Assembly: GCA_023701245.1 (NCBI GenBank)
Contig: JAMPXK010000007.1
Location: 1,733-65,732 of the forward strand
Source of the DNA: Elusimicrobiales bacterium
Lineage (GTDB): Bacteria > Elusimicrobiota > Elusimicrobia > Elusimicrobiales > UBA9959
Reading direction: 5' to 3'
Length of the DNA stretch: 64,000 nucleotides
Positions 1-8,770 of the stretch are shown in pieces. The position numbers and the translations under genes are program-made. The notes under the pieces are model-generated. The model was not told where the DNA came from. It made no database searches and saw nothing but the letters and a program-made list of their open reading frames with translations. The first letter of the stretch is position 1. Each line of letters opens with the position of its first letter.

Positions 1-473
1 CGCATTACCTCGGCTGGAAAATGAAGACGCTCAACTTCGAGCCGCGCTTCATAGAACTGGCGGGGGCCATCAACTCCTCTATGCCCGACCACGTGGTGGA
101 ACGCCTGGGCGAGATCCTCAACAGCCGCGGCCTGGCGCTGAGCCGCTCCAAGGTGCTGATGATAGGCATGGCCTACAAGCCAGACATTTCCGACCCGCGC
201 GAAAGCCCGGCGCGGGACGTGCTGATACTGCTGGAGAAGACCGGCGCCAGGGCGGATTTTTACGACCCGTACGTATCCGAAACGGACGTGGAAGGGGAAG
301 TGCGCCGCTCCCGCAGGGACGCGCTCAAGAAGATAAAGGACTACGACTGCGTGATGATAGTCACGCCGCATTCCTGCATAAACTACGCCGAGATAGTAAA
401 AAAAGCCAGGCTCGTCTTCGACACCAGGAACGCCACCAAAGGCCTGAAAGGGAAGAACATATTCCGCCTATGA
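1..473 (+). CDS. Nucleotide-sugar (UDP-GlcNAc/ManNAc-type) dehydrogenase, C-terminal part; 5' end outside window
   Basis: Frame open from window start (HYLGWKMK...); RFIELAGAINSSMP, GMAYKPDISDPRESP and FDTRN match the UDP-glucose/GDP-mannose dehydrogenase UDP-binding domain. Confidence 0.85.
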   Translation, partial: HYLGWKMKTLNFEPRFIELAGAINSSMPDHVVERLGEILNSRGLALSRSKVLMIGMAYKPDISDPRESPARDVLILLEKTGARADFYDPYVSETDVEGEVRRSRRDALKKIKDYDCVMIVTPHSCINYAEIVKKARLVFDTRNATKGLKGKNIFRL

Positions 474-2305
474 CCGACGCCCAGGACCCAAAGCTCCTCT
501 GGTTCAGTTTCCTCAAGACCTTCACCCGCGCGCTGGTACAGATCAACCTGTACAAGCCCGACCATCCCCAGGTGCGCCAGGCGCTGGACGAAGGCCAGGC
601 CCTGCTGGGCCAGATAGCCGACTCCCTGGGCGGCGGGGACCTCTCCGTCACCATAGACAACGATAAACTGCTCATAAACGGCGTGCCGCTGGTGGCCGCC
701 GACAAACTGCCCAATTCCCTGCGCAACCTCTACACCAAGTTCCGCCTCCAGACCATCACCTTCAAGCCCGGCGCCTCCGGGGAGGACCTGCTGGCCCTCT
801 GCCAGGTGCAGGCCCACAAGGGCGAAGCCAAAGCGTTCCTGGCCGAACGCGGCGTGGAGAAGATAAAGCTCGACGAGGCCGTTTACGCCAAGGTGGACTC
901 CGCCCGCACTCCCGGCGCGGCGTCCGTGGTGACCCCCGGCCAGACCGGCGCCGCCGGCCAGGCCGCCTCCCCGCAGGAAAAAGTGGCCGAAAAGATCTCC
1001 GGCCAGAGTTTCGAGTCGGCGCTGGCCACCGTGGTGGGCCGCGTCACCTCGGACCCGGAAGAGCAGCGCCGGGTCATAGCCCTGCTGGAAGCCAAATTCA
1101 GGGACGCCGTGGAAGCCGGCGTCACCCGGGCGCTGGAAGAAGTGCGCCGCGAGAAGAAAAAAGTCGAGAACGACATGGCCCGCACCGAGTCCGTCATGAC
1201 CAGCATGGCCGACGGCGTGGTGGTGGTGGACAAGGACGGCAAGATCCTGATGATGAACCCGCAGGCGGAGGCCATTTCCGGCAAGCCCCTGGCTGAGCTG
1301 TCCGGCAAGAAGATCGTGGACCTGTCGCAGATCGAGAACCAGGTGGTCTCGCTGGCCAAAGAGATCAAGAGCGAGAACCGGGCGGATATCTCCAAAGAGA
1401 TCATCAAGACCGGCTCCGCAGAAATCGCCGAGACCGTAAAAAAGGCCACCGCCCTGATCCAGAACGAGGACGGCAAGATAGTCGGCTCCGTCTCCATCCC
1501 CACCGACGCGGTGAAGCTCAAGCAGGTGGAGCAGCTGCAGCAGGACTTCATCGCCAACATGACGCACGAGCTGCGCTCGCCGCTCACTTCCATAAAAGCC
1601 GCCCTGGAGATCATGGGCCGGGAAGCCGGCGCCCCCACCGAATCGGCGCGCGGCATTCTCAACACCGCCATCCGCAATACCGAACGCCTGAACTCCATAA
1701 TCACCGACATCCTGGACTTCTCCAAACTGCAGTCGGGCAAGATGGTCTTCCACCAGGAAGGCGCCGCGGCGGGCGACATAGTAAGGGAAGCGGCCGAGGC
1801 CATGCGCGCCTGGACCACCTCCAAGGGCATAACCCTGAACGTGAACGTGGAGCCCGGTGTGCAGCACGTCTACGCGGACAAACGCCGCACGGTCCAGGTG
1901 CTGATAAACCTCGTCTCCAACGCCATCAAGTTCACGCCGCAGGGCGGGACCATAGAGATCTCCGCCGACGCGGGCAAGGAAGCGCTCTCCGGCTTTTCCT
2001 TCTTCTCCGTCAAGGACACCGGCTGCGGCATAAAGAAAGAGGACCAGGGCAAGATCTTCGAGAAGTTCGTGCAGGTGGCCTCCGGGGAGAAGGTGGGCGG
2101 CACCGGCCTGGGGCTGTCCATCACCAAGGCCATGGTGGTAATGCAGGGCGGCCGCATCACGCTGGAAAGCGAGCCGGGCAAAGGCTCCACCTTCCGGGTG
2201 GGCATGCCCGTCTACAAGGGCCAGGGCGACCAGCAGGTCTTCGAGCAGGTGCCGGAAGTAAAAGAGGCCCCGAAGCCCTGGTGGAAGAAGCTGCTGGGAA
2301 TGTAG
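470..2305 (+). CDS. Cytoplasmic sensor histidine kinase (N-terminal LYxxxHP domain, coiled coil, PAS, HisKA, HATPase)
   Basis: H-box FIANMTHELRSPL, N-box NLVSNAIKFT, G1 VKDTGCGI, G2 GTGLGL; PAS DGVVVVDKDGKILMMNP; ATGA overlap with upstream gene. Confidence 0.9.
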   Translation: MTDAQDPKLLWFSFLKTFTRALVQINLYKPDHPQVRQALDEGQALLGQIADSLGGGDLSVTIDNDKLLINGVPLVAADKLPNSLRNLYTKFRLQTITFKPGASGEDLLALCQVQAHKGEAKAFLAERGVEKIKLDEAVYAKVDSARTPGAASVVTPGQTGAAGQAASPQEKVAEKISGQSFESALATVVGRVTSDPEEQRRVIALLEAKFRDAVEAGVTRALEEVRREKKKVENDMARTESVMTSMADGVVVVDKDGKILMMNPQAEAISGKPLAELSGKKIVDLSQIENQVVSLAKEIKSENRADISKEIIKTGSAEIAETVKKATALIQNEDGKIVGSVSIPTDAVKLKQVEQLQQDFIANMTHELRSPLTSIKAALEIMGREAGAPTESARGILNTAIRNTERLNSIITDILDFSKLQSGKMVFHQEGAAAGDIVREAAEAMRAWTTSKGITLNVNVEPGVQHVYADKRRTVQVLINLVSNAIKFTPQGGTIEISADAGKEALSGFSFFSVKDTGCGIKKEDQGKIFEKFVQVASGEKVGGTGLGLSITKAMVVMQGGRITLESEPGKGSTFRVGMPVYKGQGDQQVFEQVPEVKEAPKPWWKKLLGM

Positions 2306-2383
2306 CCCAGCAAGGCCGCCGGCAGGGCCGGGGATTGTTATCCCCCACCGATAAATAATAAAATATCCCTTCAGCAGTTCTTT

Positions 2384-2458
2384 GCGCCCGTATCTCAACG
2401 GATAGAGTCCCGCCCTGCGAAGGCGGTTATACAGGTTCGATTCCTGTCGGGCGCACCA
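2384..2458 (+). tRNA. tRNA-Arg, anticodon GCG
   Basis: Acceptor GCGCCCG/CGGGCGC, anticodon arm CCGCC-CTGCGAA-GGCGG (GCG at 2417-2419), T-arm ACAGG-TTCGATT-CCTGT, encoded ACCA end; D-stem has a T10:T25 mismatch. Confidence 0.9.
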
Positions 2459-2631
2459 AATTTCTTCGTAAAGAACCCGAAGCGTGCCATAATAATGGCA
2501 CGCGGCAGGAATCGAAAGGCGGAGCCGCGAGGCCAGCGGGCCGCAGCGGCGAGCCGGGGTCGCGGCCTCGAGCGAGCGACGGCGAGCGAGAGAGCCGTGA
2601 CCGCTTAATGTCGGGCGCACCAAATTTCTTC
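2445..2631 (+). mobile_element. Miniature tRNA-3'-anchored element bounded by 23-bp direct repeats (attL/attR-like)
   Basis: TGTCGGGCGCACCAAATTTCTTC at 2445-2467 and 2609-2631; interior holds an inverted copy of the T-arm (CAGGAATCGAA, 2506-2516) and hairpins; no ORF. Confidence 0.65.
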
Positions 2632-2633
2632 CT

Positions 2634-2828
2634 ATGTCAGAACATAAAGAGACAAAAAAGACCGAGAACAAGACCGGCCGCTACGTCTACGACGCCAAGC
2701 TGGGCAAAGTGGTAAAGGTCTCCGACGCTATCCCCGGCCTCAAGAAGGGCGGCTCGCCCCAGGGCGGCACCTGCCCCATGAACCCGGGCGGCCACCAGTG
2801 CGGCGGCGGCTGCGGCTGCGGCGGCTAA
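2634..2828 (+). CDS. Small hypothetical protein with Cys/Gly-rich tail
   Basis: 64 aa, host-like codon usage; tail TCPMNPGGHQCGGGCGCGG. Confidence 0.65.
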   Translation: MSEHKETKKTENKTGRYVYDAKLGKVVKVSDAIPGLKKGGSPQGGTCPMNPGGHQCGGGCGCGG

Positions 2829-2915
2829 GGCCCCGGAGCCGGCCCGAAGGGCTTGAGAGTCAAGGGTTTTGGGCCCGGCGCTTTCAGGCCTTTTTGCTTT
2901 TTAAAGGAACTCCCC

Positions 2916-4421
2916 ATGGAAAAGAAATTCTCGCAGCTGCGCAGAAAATACGAGGAAGTGGCGGCCCTGGGCTCGGCCGCCTCGGTACTGGGCTGGGACC
3001 AGCGCGTCTACATGCCGCCCAAAGGCGCCGAAGCCCGCGGCCGCGCGCTGGCCGCCCTGGAAGAAACCCTGCACGTCAAATTCACGGCCCCGGAAACGGG
3101 CGCCCTTATCGCGGAGCTCTACGACTGGGCGCAGGCCAGGGGCGGCGACAGCTTCGAAGCGGCCTACCTGCGCGCCCTCAAGCGCGACTATGACAAGGCC
3201 GTAAAACTGCCGGCGGCCTTCGTCTCCGAATTCTCGCTGGCCTGCACCGCCGCCTACGAAGCCTGGCACAAAGCCAAACAGGCGTCGGACTTCTCCGTCT
3301 TCGCTCCCCACCTTGAAAAGATGCTGCAGCTGAACCTGCGCAAGGCCGCCATCCTCGACCCCAAGGCCGCCCCTTACGACGCCCTGCTCGACATCTACGA
3401 ACCGGGCATGACCCGCGCCCGGCTGGACGCGATCTTCGCGGAACTGCTGGCGGGCCTGAAACCCGTGATAAAGGCCATAGCCGCCAAAAGCGGCAAAGTC
3501 TCCGACGCCCCCTTCCGCGGGGATTTCGACCCCGCCGCGCAGCTTCGCCTGGCCGACGAGCTCGTAAAAGCTCTGGGCTTCGACTTCGACCGCGGCCGCC
3601 AGGACCGCTCGCCGCACCCCTTCACCACCGGCGGTTCCATCAACGACATCCGCATCACCACGCGCGCCCACGCCGACTGGCTGCCCGCCTGCGTCTACGC
3701 CTCCATCCACGAATGCGGCCACGCCCTCTATGAACTGGGATCGCCGCAGGACTTCGAATTCACCCCGCTGGCCGGCGGCGCATCCCTGGGCATGCACGAA
3801 TCCCAGTCGCGCTTCTGGGAGAACGTGGTAGGCCGCAGCCGGCCGTTCGCGGCCTGGGCCCTGCCGCTGTACCGCAAACACTTCCCCGGCAAGTTCGACA
3901 ACCTCACCCCGGAGGACCTGTACCGGGCGGCCAATAAGTCCGCGCCCTCCCTGGTGCGCGTGGAGGCCGACGAGGTGACCTACAATCTCCACATAGCGCT
4001 GCGCTACGAAATAGAGACCATGCTGCTCGACGGCAGCCTGAAGGTGAAGGACGCGCCGGCCATGTGGAACTCCAGGATGAAGGACTACCTGGGGATAGCC
4101 CCGGCCAACGACGCCGAGGGCATACTGCAGGACGTGCACTGGTCGCAGGGCACGCTGGGCTATTTCCCCACCTATACGCTGGGCAACCTGGCCGCGGCCC
4201 AGCTCTTTAACGCCATGAAGAGAGACCTTGGGGATACCGACGCCCTGGTGGCCCGCGGCGAGTTCGCGCCGCTGCTGGCCTGGCTGGGCGGGAAAATCCA
4301 CGTGCACGGCCGCAAGTACCTGCCGGAGGAACTGCTGCAGCGGGCTATCGGCGAGAAACTCAGCGTGGGACCTTTTGTGGACTACATAAAGGCCAAATAT
4401 TCGGAGATCTACGGCTTCTGA
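2916..4421 (+). CDS. Carboxypeptidase, M32 family
   Basis: HPF, DIRITTR, HECGHALYE (HExxH), HESQSRFWEN, RVEADEVTYNLH, GILQDVHW, GYFPTYTLG; ATG at 2916 after AAGGA. Confidence 0.95.
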   Translation: MEKKFSQLRRKYEEVAALGSAASVLGWDQRVYMPPKGAEARGRALAALEETLHVKFTAPETGALIAELYDWAQARGGDSFEAAYLRALKRDYDKAVKLPAAFVSEFSLACTAAYEAWHKAKQASDFSVFAPHLEKMLQLNLRKAAILDPKAAPYDALLDIYEPGMTRARLDAIFAELLAGLKPVIKAIAAKSGKVSDAPFRGDFDPAAQLRLADELVKALGFDFDRGRQDRSPHPFTTGGSINDIRITTRAHADWLPACVYASIHECGHALYELGSPQDFEFTPLAGGASLGMHESQSRFWENVVGRSRPFAAWALPLYRKHFPGKFDNLTPEDLYRAANKSAPSLVRVEADEVTYNLHIALRYEIETMLLDGSLKVKDAPAMWNSRMKDYLGIAPANDAEGILQDVHWSQGTLGYFPTYTLGNLAAAQLFNAMKRDLGDTDALVARGEFAPLLAWLGGKIHVHGRKYLPEELLQRAIGEKLSVGPFVDYIKAKYSEIYGF

Positions 4422-4472
4422 CCAGGCGGATTTAGCGGCGGAACTTCTGACAGGACCAAAGGGGAGAGAACA

Positions 4473-4757
4473 ATGTTCAAGACCAATGAATACTTCGACG
4501 GCAAGGTTAAATCGATAGCTTTCGCGGCCGGCGGCGGCGCCGCCACCGTGGGGGTGATGGCGCCCGGCGACTACGAGTTCGGCACCGGCAAGAAAGAGAT
4601 AATGAGCGTGGTCAGCGGCCGGCTCACGGTAAAGCTGCCCGGCCAGACGCAATGGAAGGACTTCCCTAAAGGCAGCACGTTCACCGTGGCGCCCAATTCC
4701 AAGTTCCAGCTGAAAGTGGCCGAAGACACCGCCTACCTCTGCCTCTACGTGGATTAA
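4473..4757 (+). CDS. ppnP: Pyrimidine/purine nucleoside phosphorylase (YaiE/DUF1255)
   Basis: [17 protein letters not shown]...[14 protein letters not shown]...AYLC signature; strong SD. Confidence 0.9.
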   Translation: MFKTNEYFDGKVKSIAFAAGGGAATVGVMAPGDYEFGTGKKEIMSVVSGRLTVKLPGQTQWKDFPKGSTFTVAPNSKFQLKVAEDTAYLCLYVD

Positions 4758-4777
4758 AGGCGGCGGCTTTTAAAGAG

Positions 4778-4809
4778 AAAGCCCCGGCGAAAGCCGGGGC
4801 TTTTCTTTT
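4778..4809. terminator. Bidirectional intrinsic terminator
   Basis: AAA-GCCCCGGC-GAAA-GCCGGGGC-TTTT between convergent genes. Confidence 0.8.
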
Positions 4810-4824
4810 CCCTGCCTGAGGCGC

Positions 4825-5052
4825 TCAACCGCCGGAGTAGATGTGGGAAATAACCACGCGGTCGCCTTCGGCCAGGGCGTCGCCCGGGGCCACGGCTTTA
4901 CCGTTGCGCGTCATGATGGTGGGACGTTTCTTGTTTATCTTCACGAACGCGGACAGCTCCCCGGCCGTCATCGGGCCGGGGAGTTCCAGCGTCTTCTCGC
5001 TGAAGCCGCCTTCGTAGATAAGCGGGCCTATAAGTTTCACCGTCACTTTCAT
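4825..5052 (-). CDS. MoaD/ThiS-family sulfur carrier
   Basis: 75 aa ubiquitin-like fold ending in SGG; overlaps the stop of the oxidoreductase. Confidence 0.85.
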   Translation of the reverse strand: MKVTVKLIGPLIYEGGFSEKTLELPGPMTAGELSAFVKINKKRPTIMTRNGKAVAPGDALAEGDRVVISHIYSGG

Positions 5053-6890
5053 CAGTTCAATTTCGCGTATTTCCCGGCCGCGGCGGCCTCGCCTTCGAGG
5101 CCCAGTTTCCGGAGCGTTTCCATGGTGGGGATACCGCGCTTGTCGTAGCCGCGCTGGTCGTAGTAATGCTGCAGCAGCGAGTCGTACTTGTCATACTCCA
5201 GCACCACGCCTTTCTGCGGGCCTTCGGTATCGGCGTTGCTCTTATCGAACCAGACCGCCGGCGGGTAATCGTCCTTGCGGGTGACGTTCGGGAACTCGCG
5301 CAGGTAATGCAGCTTTATCATGGAGTAGGCGCGGTCTGCCGCGGTCCAGAAATTCTCCAGCGTCCAGTCCAGACCCGTGACGGCGTTGAAGAACTTGGGA
5401 TAGTTCTCCAGTTCGTAGCCCACTTCCACCCAGGGAAAGCGGCAGGCCACCAGCATTTCGAACAGGCCGCCGCGGATGCGCTGCAGTTCTATCACCTTGG
5501 CCGCCTTCTCGGGGCCGTAGCTCTCGCGCTTGCTGTGCTTGAGCTCGAAGGTGATGATCCAGGCCTCGCGGTGGTGGCCGCCTATGGCCGCCACGCCGAA
5601 GGCCAGCGCCTGACCGGGAATGGACTTGCAGTTGTAGGCGGCCATCTCCAGGCCTTTGACCTGCATGGCGTAGTCCGCGGAGTTCTTGCCGTAGACCTTG
5701 GCGGCCTTCAGCGCGCCGTCGGCCAGCAGGTTGCCGGCCTCGCCCTTACGGGTGGCTATGTCCCAGAGCAGCGTTTTGCCCTTATCGGCGTCGCCGAATT
5801 TGAAGTCGCCCTTGGCGGCGCCGTGCTCTATGGCGTCGGCGTAGAAGCCCAGCACCGCGCCCGCGGAGATGGTGTCCAGGCCATAGTCGTCGCACAGGTA
5901 ATTCAGCGAGCCCACCTTTTTGAGGTCGAACACGTTCACGTTCGGGCCCAGCATACCGATATTCTCGTAGTCCAGCTCGCTCTCGCGGCCTTCGTCGTCG
6001 TGGATGGTGATGCCGCAATGCATGGTGCAGCTGGGGCAGCCGTAGGTGGCTATGCGGGCGGCGTCCAGGCGCTCGCCGTCTATCTTGTGGGCCTCCGGAT
6101 GGGAAGTTTTGCGCATGTTCTGCACGGGCAGGCCGTTGACCTCGTTGCACCAGGCCAGCACGGCGTTGGTGCTCTGCTTCGACCAGCCGCTTTTCTGGTC
6201 CAGCTCGCGGGCCTTCTTCAGGCCGTCTATGCCGAGCTTGCGCATCAGCTCCGGGTCCGCCTGCGGGATCTGCTTGGTGCCTTTCACCACTATGGCCTTG
6301 AGCATTTTGGAACCCATCACGGCGCCTATGCCGGGGCGGCCGCCGGCGCGGCCTTCCAGGCTGCGGATCACGGCGAACAGTACCTTGTTCTCGCCGGCCT
6401 GGCCGATATTGAGCACGCCGGCGTTCTTGCCGTGCTTCTTATAGATCCATTCGTTGGAGAAGTAGGTGCCCTTGCCCCACATCTCGTCCGCGGGCAGGAA
6501 CTCCACCTTGTCGTCCTCTATGTTGAGGTAGGTCGGCTTATCGGCCTTGCCCTCTATTATCATGGCGTCGTAGCCGGCCTTGCGCAGCTGGCTGGAAACG
6601 TTGGAGCCCAGGTTGCCGTCGCCGTAGAAACCGGTGAGCGGGGACTTAGCCGCCACCACCACTTTGCCGGTGTTCGGGGCCGGGATGCCGGCTATGGGGC
6701 CCAGGGCCACCACCAGTTTGTTCTCGGGACCCAGCGGGTCTATGCCGGGTTTGAGTTCGTCGAAAAGTATTTTGGAGGCGAAACCTCGCCCGCCTACCCA
6801 TTTTTTGGCGAAGTCTTCCGTAAAGCTTTCTTTCTTCCAGGTTTTGTCGGTGAGGTTCACCCTCAGGATATAGCCGGTCCAGCCTTTCAT
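5052..6890 (-). CDS. Tungsten aldehyde:ferredoxin oxidoreductase, FOR-like clade
   Basis: AKSPLTG, GRAGGRPGIGAVMGSK, CPSCTMHC, ESELDYEN, DDYGLDTIS, QRIRGGLFEMLVACRFPW; adjacent moaD and tup genes. Confidence 0.92.
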   Translation of the reverse strand: MKGWTGYILRVNLTDKTWKKESFTEDFAKKWVGGRGFASKILFDELKPGIDPLGPENKLVVALGPIAGIPAPNTGKVVVAAKSPLTGFYGDGNLGSNVSSQLRKAGYDAMIIEGKADKPTYLNIEDDKVEFLPADEMWGKGTYFSNEWIYKKHGKNAGVLNIGQAGENKVLFAVIRSLEGRAGGRPGIGAVMGSKMLKAIVVKGTKQIPQADPELMRKLGIDGLKKARELDQKSGWSKQSTNAVLAWCNEVNGLPVQNMRKTSHPEAHKIDGERLDAARIATYGCPSCTMHCGITIHDDEGRESELDYENIGMLGPNVNVFDLKKVGSLNYLCDDYGLDTISAGAVLGFYADAIEHGAAKGDFKFGDADKGKTLLWDIATRKGEAGNLLADGALKAAKVYGKNSADYAMQVKGLEMAAYNCKSIPGQALAFGVAAIGGHHREAWIITFELKHSKRESYGPEKAAKVIELQRIRGGLFEMLVACRFPWVEVGYELENYPKFFNAVTGLDWTLENFWTAADRAYSMIKLHYLREFPNVTRKDDYPPAVWFDKSNADTEGPQKGVVLEYDKYDSLLQHYYDQRGYDKRGIPTMETLRKLGLEGEAAAAGKYAKLN

Positions 6891-7093
6891 GTTCCCTCCG
6901 TTGGATTGAACTGCAAAAGATAATTAATTTTACCTTTTTAAAAAGGCGGCGCGCGGTACTTTGGGCCCAGCCGGACCTGGGCCCTAATACGCGGTTTTTT
7001 TAGGCACAAAGCCTTATGTGCGCAAGCACCGCTAATTTGTAACCTAGTCTTGCAAGATCTTGGGCCTTACCGGGCCACTTTAAGGAGCTAACG

Positions 7094-7555
7094 ATGAAAA
7101 TATTAATGACCGCCGTACTGCTTGCCTCGGGATTTTCCCCGCTGGCCGCAGGTTCTTTCGCCGACCTGAGCTCGCAGGCCCCGGCCAGCGAGATCAAACT
7201 CCCATCCCCGGTACTGGTTCCCGCCCAGGACAAAGCCGTTCAGAGCTGGGCCGAAGCCGCCAAGCTCGCTTTCGAGCGCGAAATCGAGGCCGGCGGCCTG
7301 ACCAATTTCGCCGACCTTAAAGAGCTCCCCCCCGGCGCCCGCGCCAGGCTGGAAAAAGAGCTGGCCACCCTGCCCGAGGGCCCCGGCAACACTTCCGAAG
7401 CCTTCAAACTGAACGTCAACGGCCGCACCGCCTTCGTGGTGCAGAGCTACGTGCACGACGACACCATGCGCGCCTGGCTCTTCAACGCGGCCGGCGTGCT
7501 GGTGGCCCGCGGCGAAGGCAGCGTGGACAAAGAATTCGCCTGGCTGCCGCTGTAA
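7094..7555 (+). CDS. Secreted hypothetical protein
   Basis: Signal peptide MKILMTAVLLASGFSPLAA; SD AAGGAG; followed by a terminator. Confidence 0.75.
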   Translation: MKILMTAVLLASGFSPLAAGSFADLSSQAPASEIKLPSPVLVPAQDKAVQSWAEAAKLAFEREIEAGGLTNFADLKELPPGARARLEKELATLPEGPGNTSEAFKLNVNGRTAFVVQSYVHDDTMRAWLFNAAGVLVARGEGSVDKEFAWLPL

Positions 7556-7568
7556 GACAGCGGCGGAC

Positions 7569-7601
7569 AAAAAAGGCCTGGGGTTACCCCCAGGCCTTTT
7601 T
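7569..7601. terminator. Bidirectional intrinsic terminator
   Basis: AAAAAAGGCCTGGGG-TTAC-CCCCAGGCCTTTTT between convergent genes. Confidence 0.8.
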
Positions 7602-7627
7602 ATTTAACGACCGGTTATGGCCGGCGC

Positions 7628-8296
7628 TTATCTGCCGCCGGTGAACATGCGGCCGGTTATCACATAAAGTTCCCTGCCGCTCTTTTCGGTCCAGATCTCA
7701 GAGTAGTCGAAGTGCAGGCCGCTGACCTTTATGGTGGTCAGGATATCGACGTTCTCACTGTAAGCCTCTTTCAGCACCACGGTCCCTTTCTCATAGGAGC
7801 CGGCTTCCGCGCCGTTCTGGTCCAGCAGCAGCGGACCTTGCTTGGTCCAGCGCGCCGGCTCCGAGGCCAGGCCAACGAAGCCGCAGTCGAAGTAACCATC
7901 CTTGCGCTCCAGGTGATCTTTCTTGTCCTCGAAGATCAGCCACATGACGTCGCAGCGGGTACCGGAACCCTGGTAGGTCCACTCGCCCCAGCCGGTCCAT
8001 TTTCCGGCCAGGCTGTTCTCCGGGTTGGCGGCGCGCCCATCGGCCGCAGGCAGGGACTGCCCGGGCCGGGAGTTGTCCGCGGGGCGGCCGGCGGCGGGCT
8101 GAAAAGCTCTGGCCATGGCGGGCCTTCCGGGCAGGGTCACGGCGGGAAGTTCGCCGCCGGGTAAAGCCCCCCCGAGGGCGGCAACGCCGGCCAGCAGGCT
8201 GTCCGGCCGCGGGGCCGCCTGCGCGAAAGCGCCCTGAACAACGGCCAGAACTGCGGCCGCGCCCAGCATAGCCGCAAAACTCTTTTTCAGTTTCAT
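7628..8296 (-). CDS. Secreted hypothetical protein (low-complexity linker plus beta-rich domain)
   Basis: Start MKLKKSFAAMLGAAAVLAVVQGAFA (ATG 8296); C-terminal domain WTGWGEWTYQGSG...C..C. Confidence 0.7.
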   Translation of the reverse strand: MKLKKSFAAMLGAAAVLAVVQGAFAQAAPRPDSLLAGVAALGGALPGGELPAVTLPGRPAMARAFQPAAGRPADNSRPGQSLPAADGRAANPENSLAGKWTGWGEWTYQGSGTRCDVMWLIFEDKKDHLERKDGYFDCGFVGLASEPARWTKQGPLLLDQNGAEAGSYEKGTVVLKEAYSENVDILTTIKVSGLHFDYSEIWTEKSGRELYVITGRMFTGGR

Positions 8297-8358
8297 GATC
8301 AGCACCTGTCCTTTCCTTGAATTAACCTTACCTCTGCCGCGGCGCGGTTTCCCGCGCG

Positions 8359-8757
8359 CTACGCCTTGCCGTACTCCGCCAGGGCCTTCTGCACCAGGCC
8401 CAGCACCGTAGCGGACGGCGTCATCTTGGGCAGGAAGGCCCGGCACTCCTTGCACTGGCCTATCACGTAGTGTTCCTTCATCTTGGCGTAGTCCTCGCCG
8501 GTCAGCACGATGAAAGGGATCCTGGCCAGTTCCGGCCGGGACGAGGCCAGCTTGTTGACTTCCTTTATGAAGGTCACCCCGTCCATCACCGGCATGGAAA
8601 TGTCCACCAGCATCAGGTCGGGGATGAAAGTCTCCATCTTCTCCAGGGCCTTCTGGCCGTCCGCCGCCACCTGCGCGGTATATCCGGCCTCCATGAACAT
8701 AAACTGGTACATGGTGCGCATGGCGTAATCGTCGTCTATCACCAGGATATTTGCCAT
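8359..8757 (-). CDS. Single-domain response regulator (REC)
   Basis: ILVIDDD, LMLVDISMPVMDG, IVLTG, FLPK. Confidence 0.88.
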   Translation of the reverse strand: MANILVIDDDYAMRTMYQFMFMEAGYTAQVAADGQKALEKMETFIPDLMLVDISMPVMDGVTFIKEVNKLASSRPELARIPFIVLTGEDYAKMKEHYVIGQCKECRAFLPKMTPSATVLGLVQKALAEYGKA

Positions 8758-8770
8758 AAATGTCCCCCCG

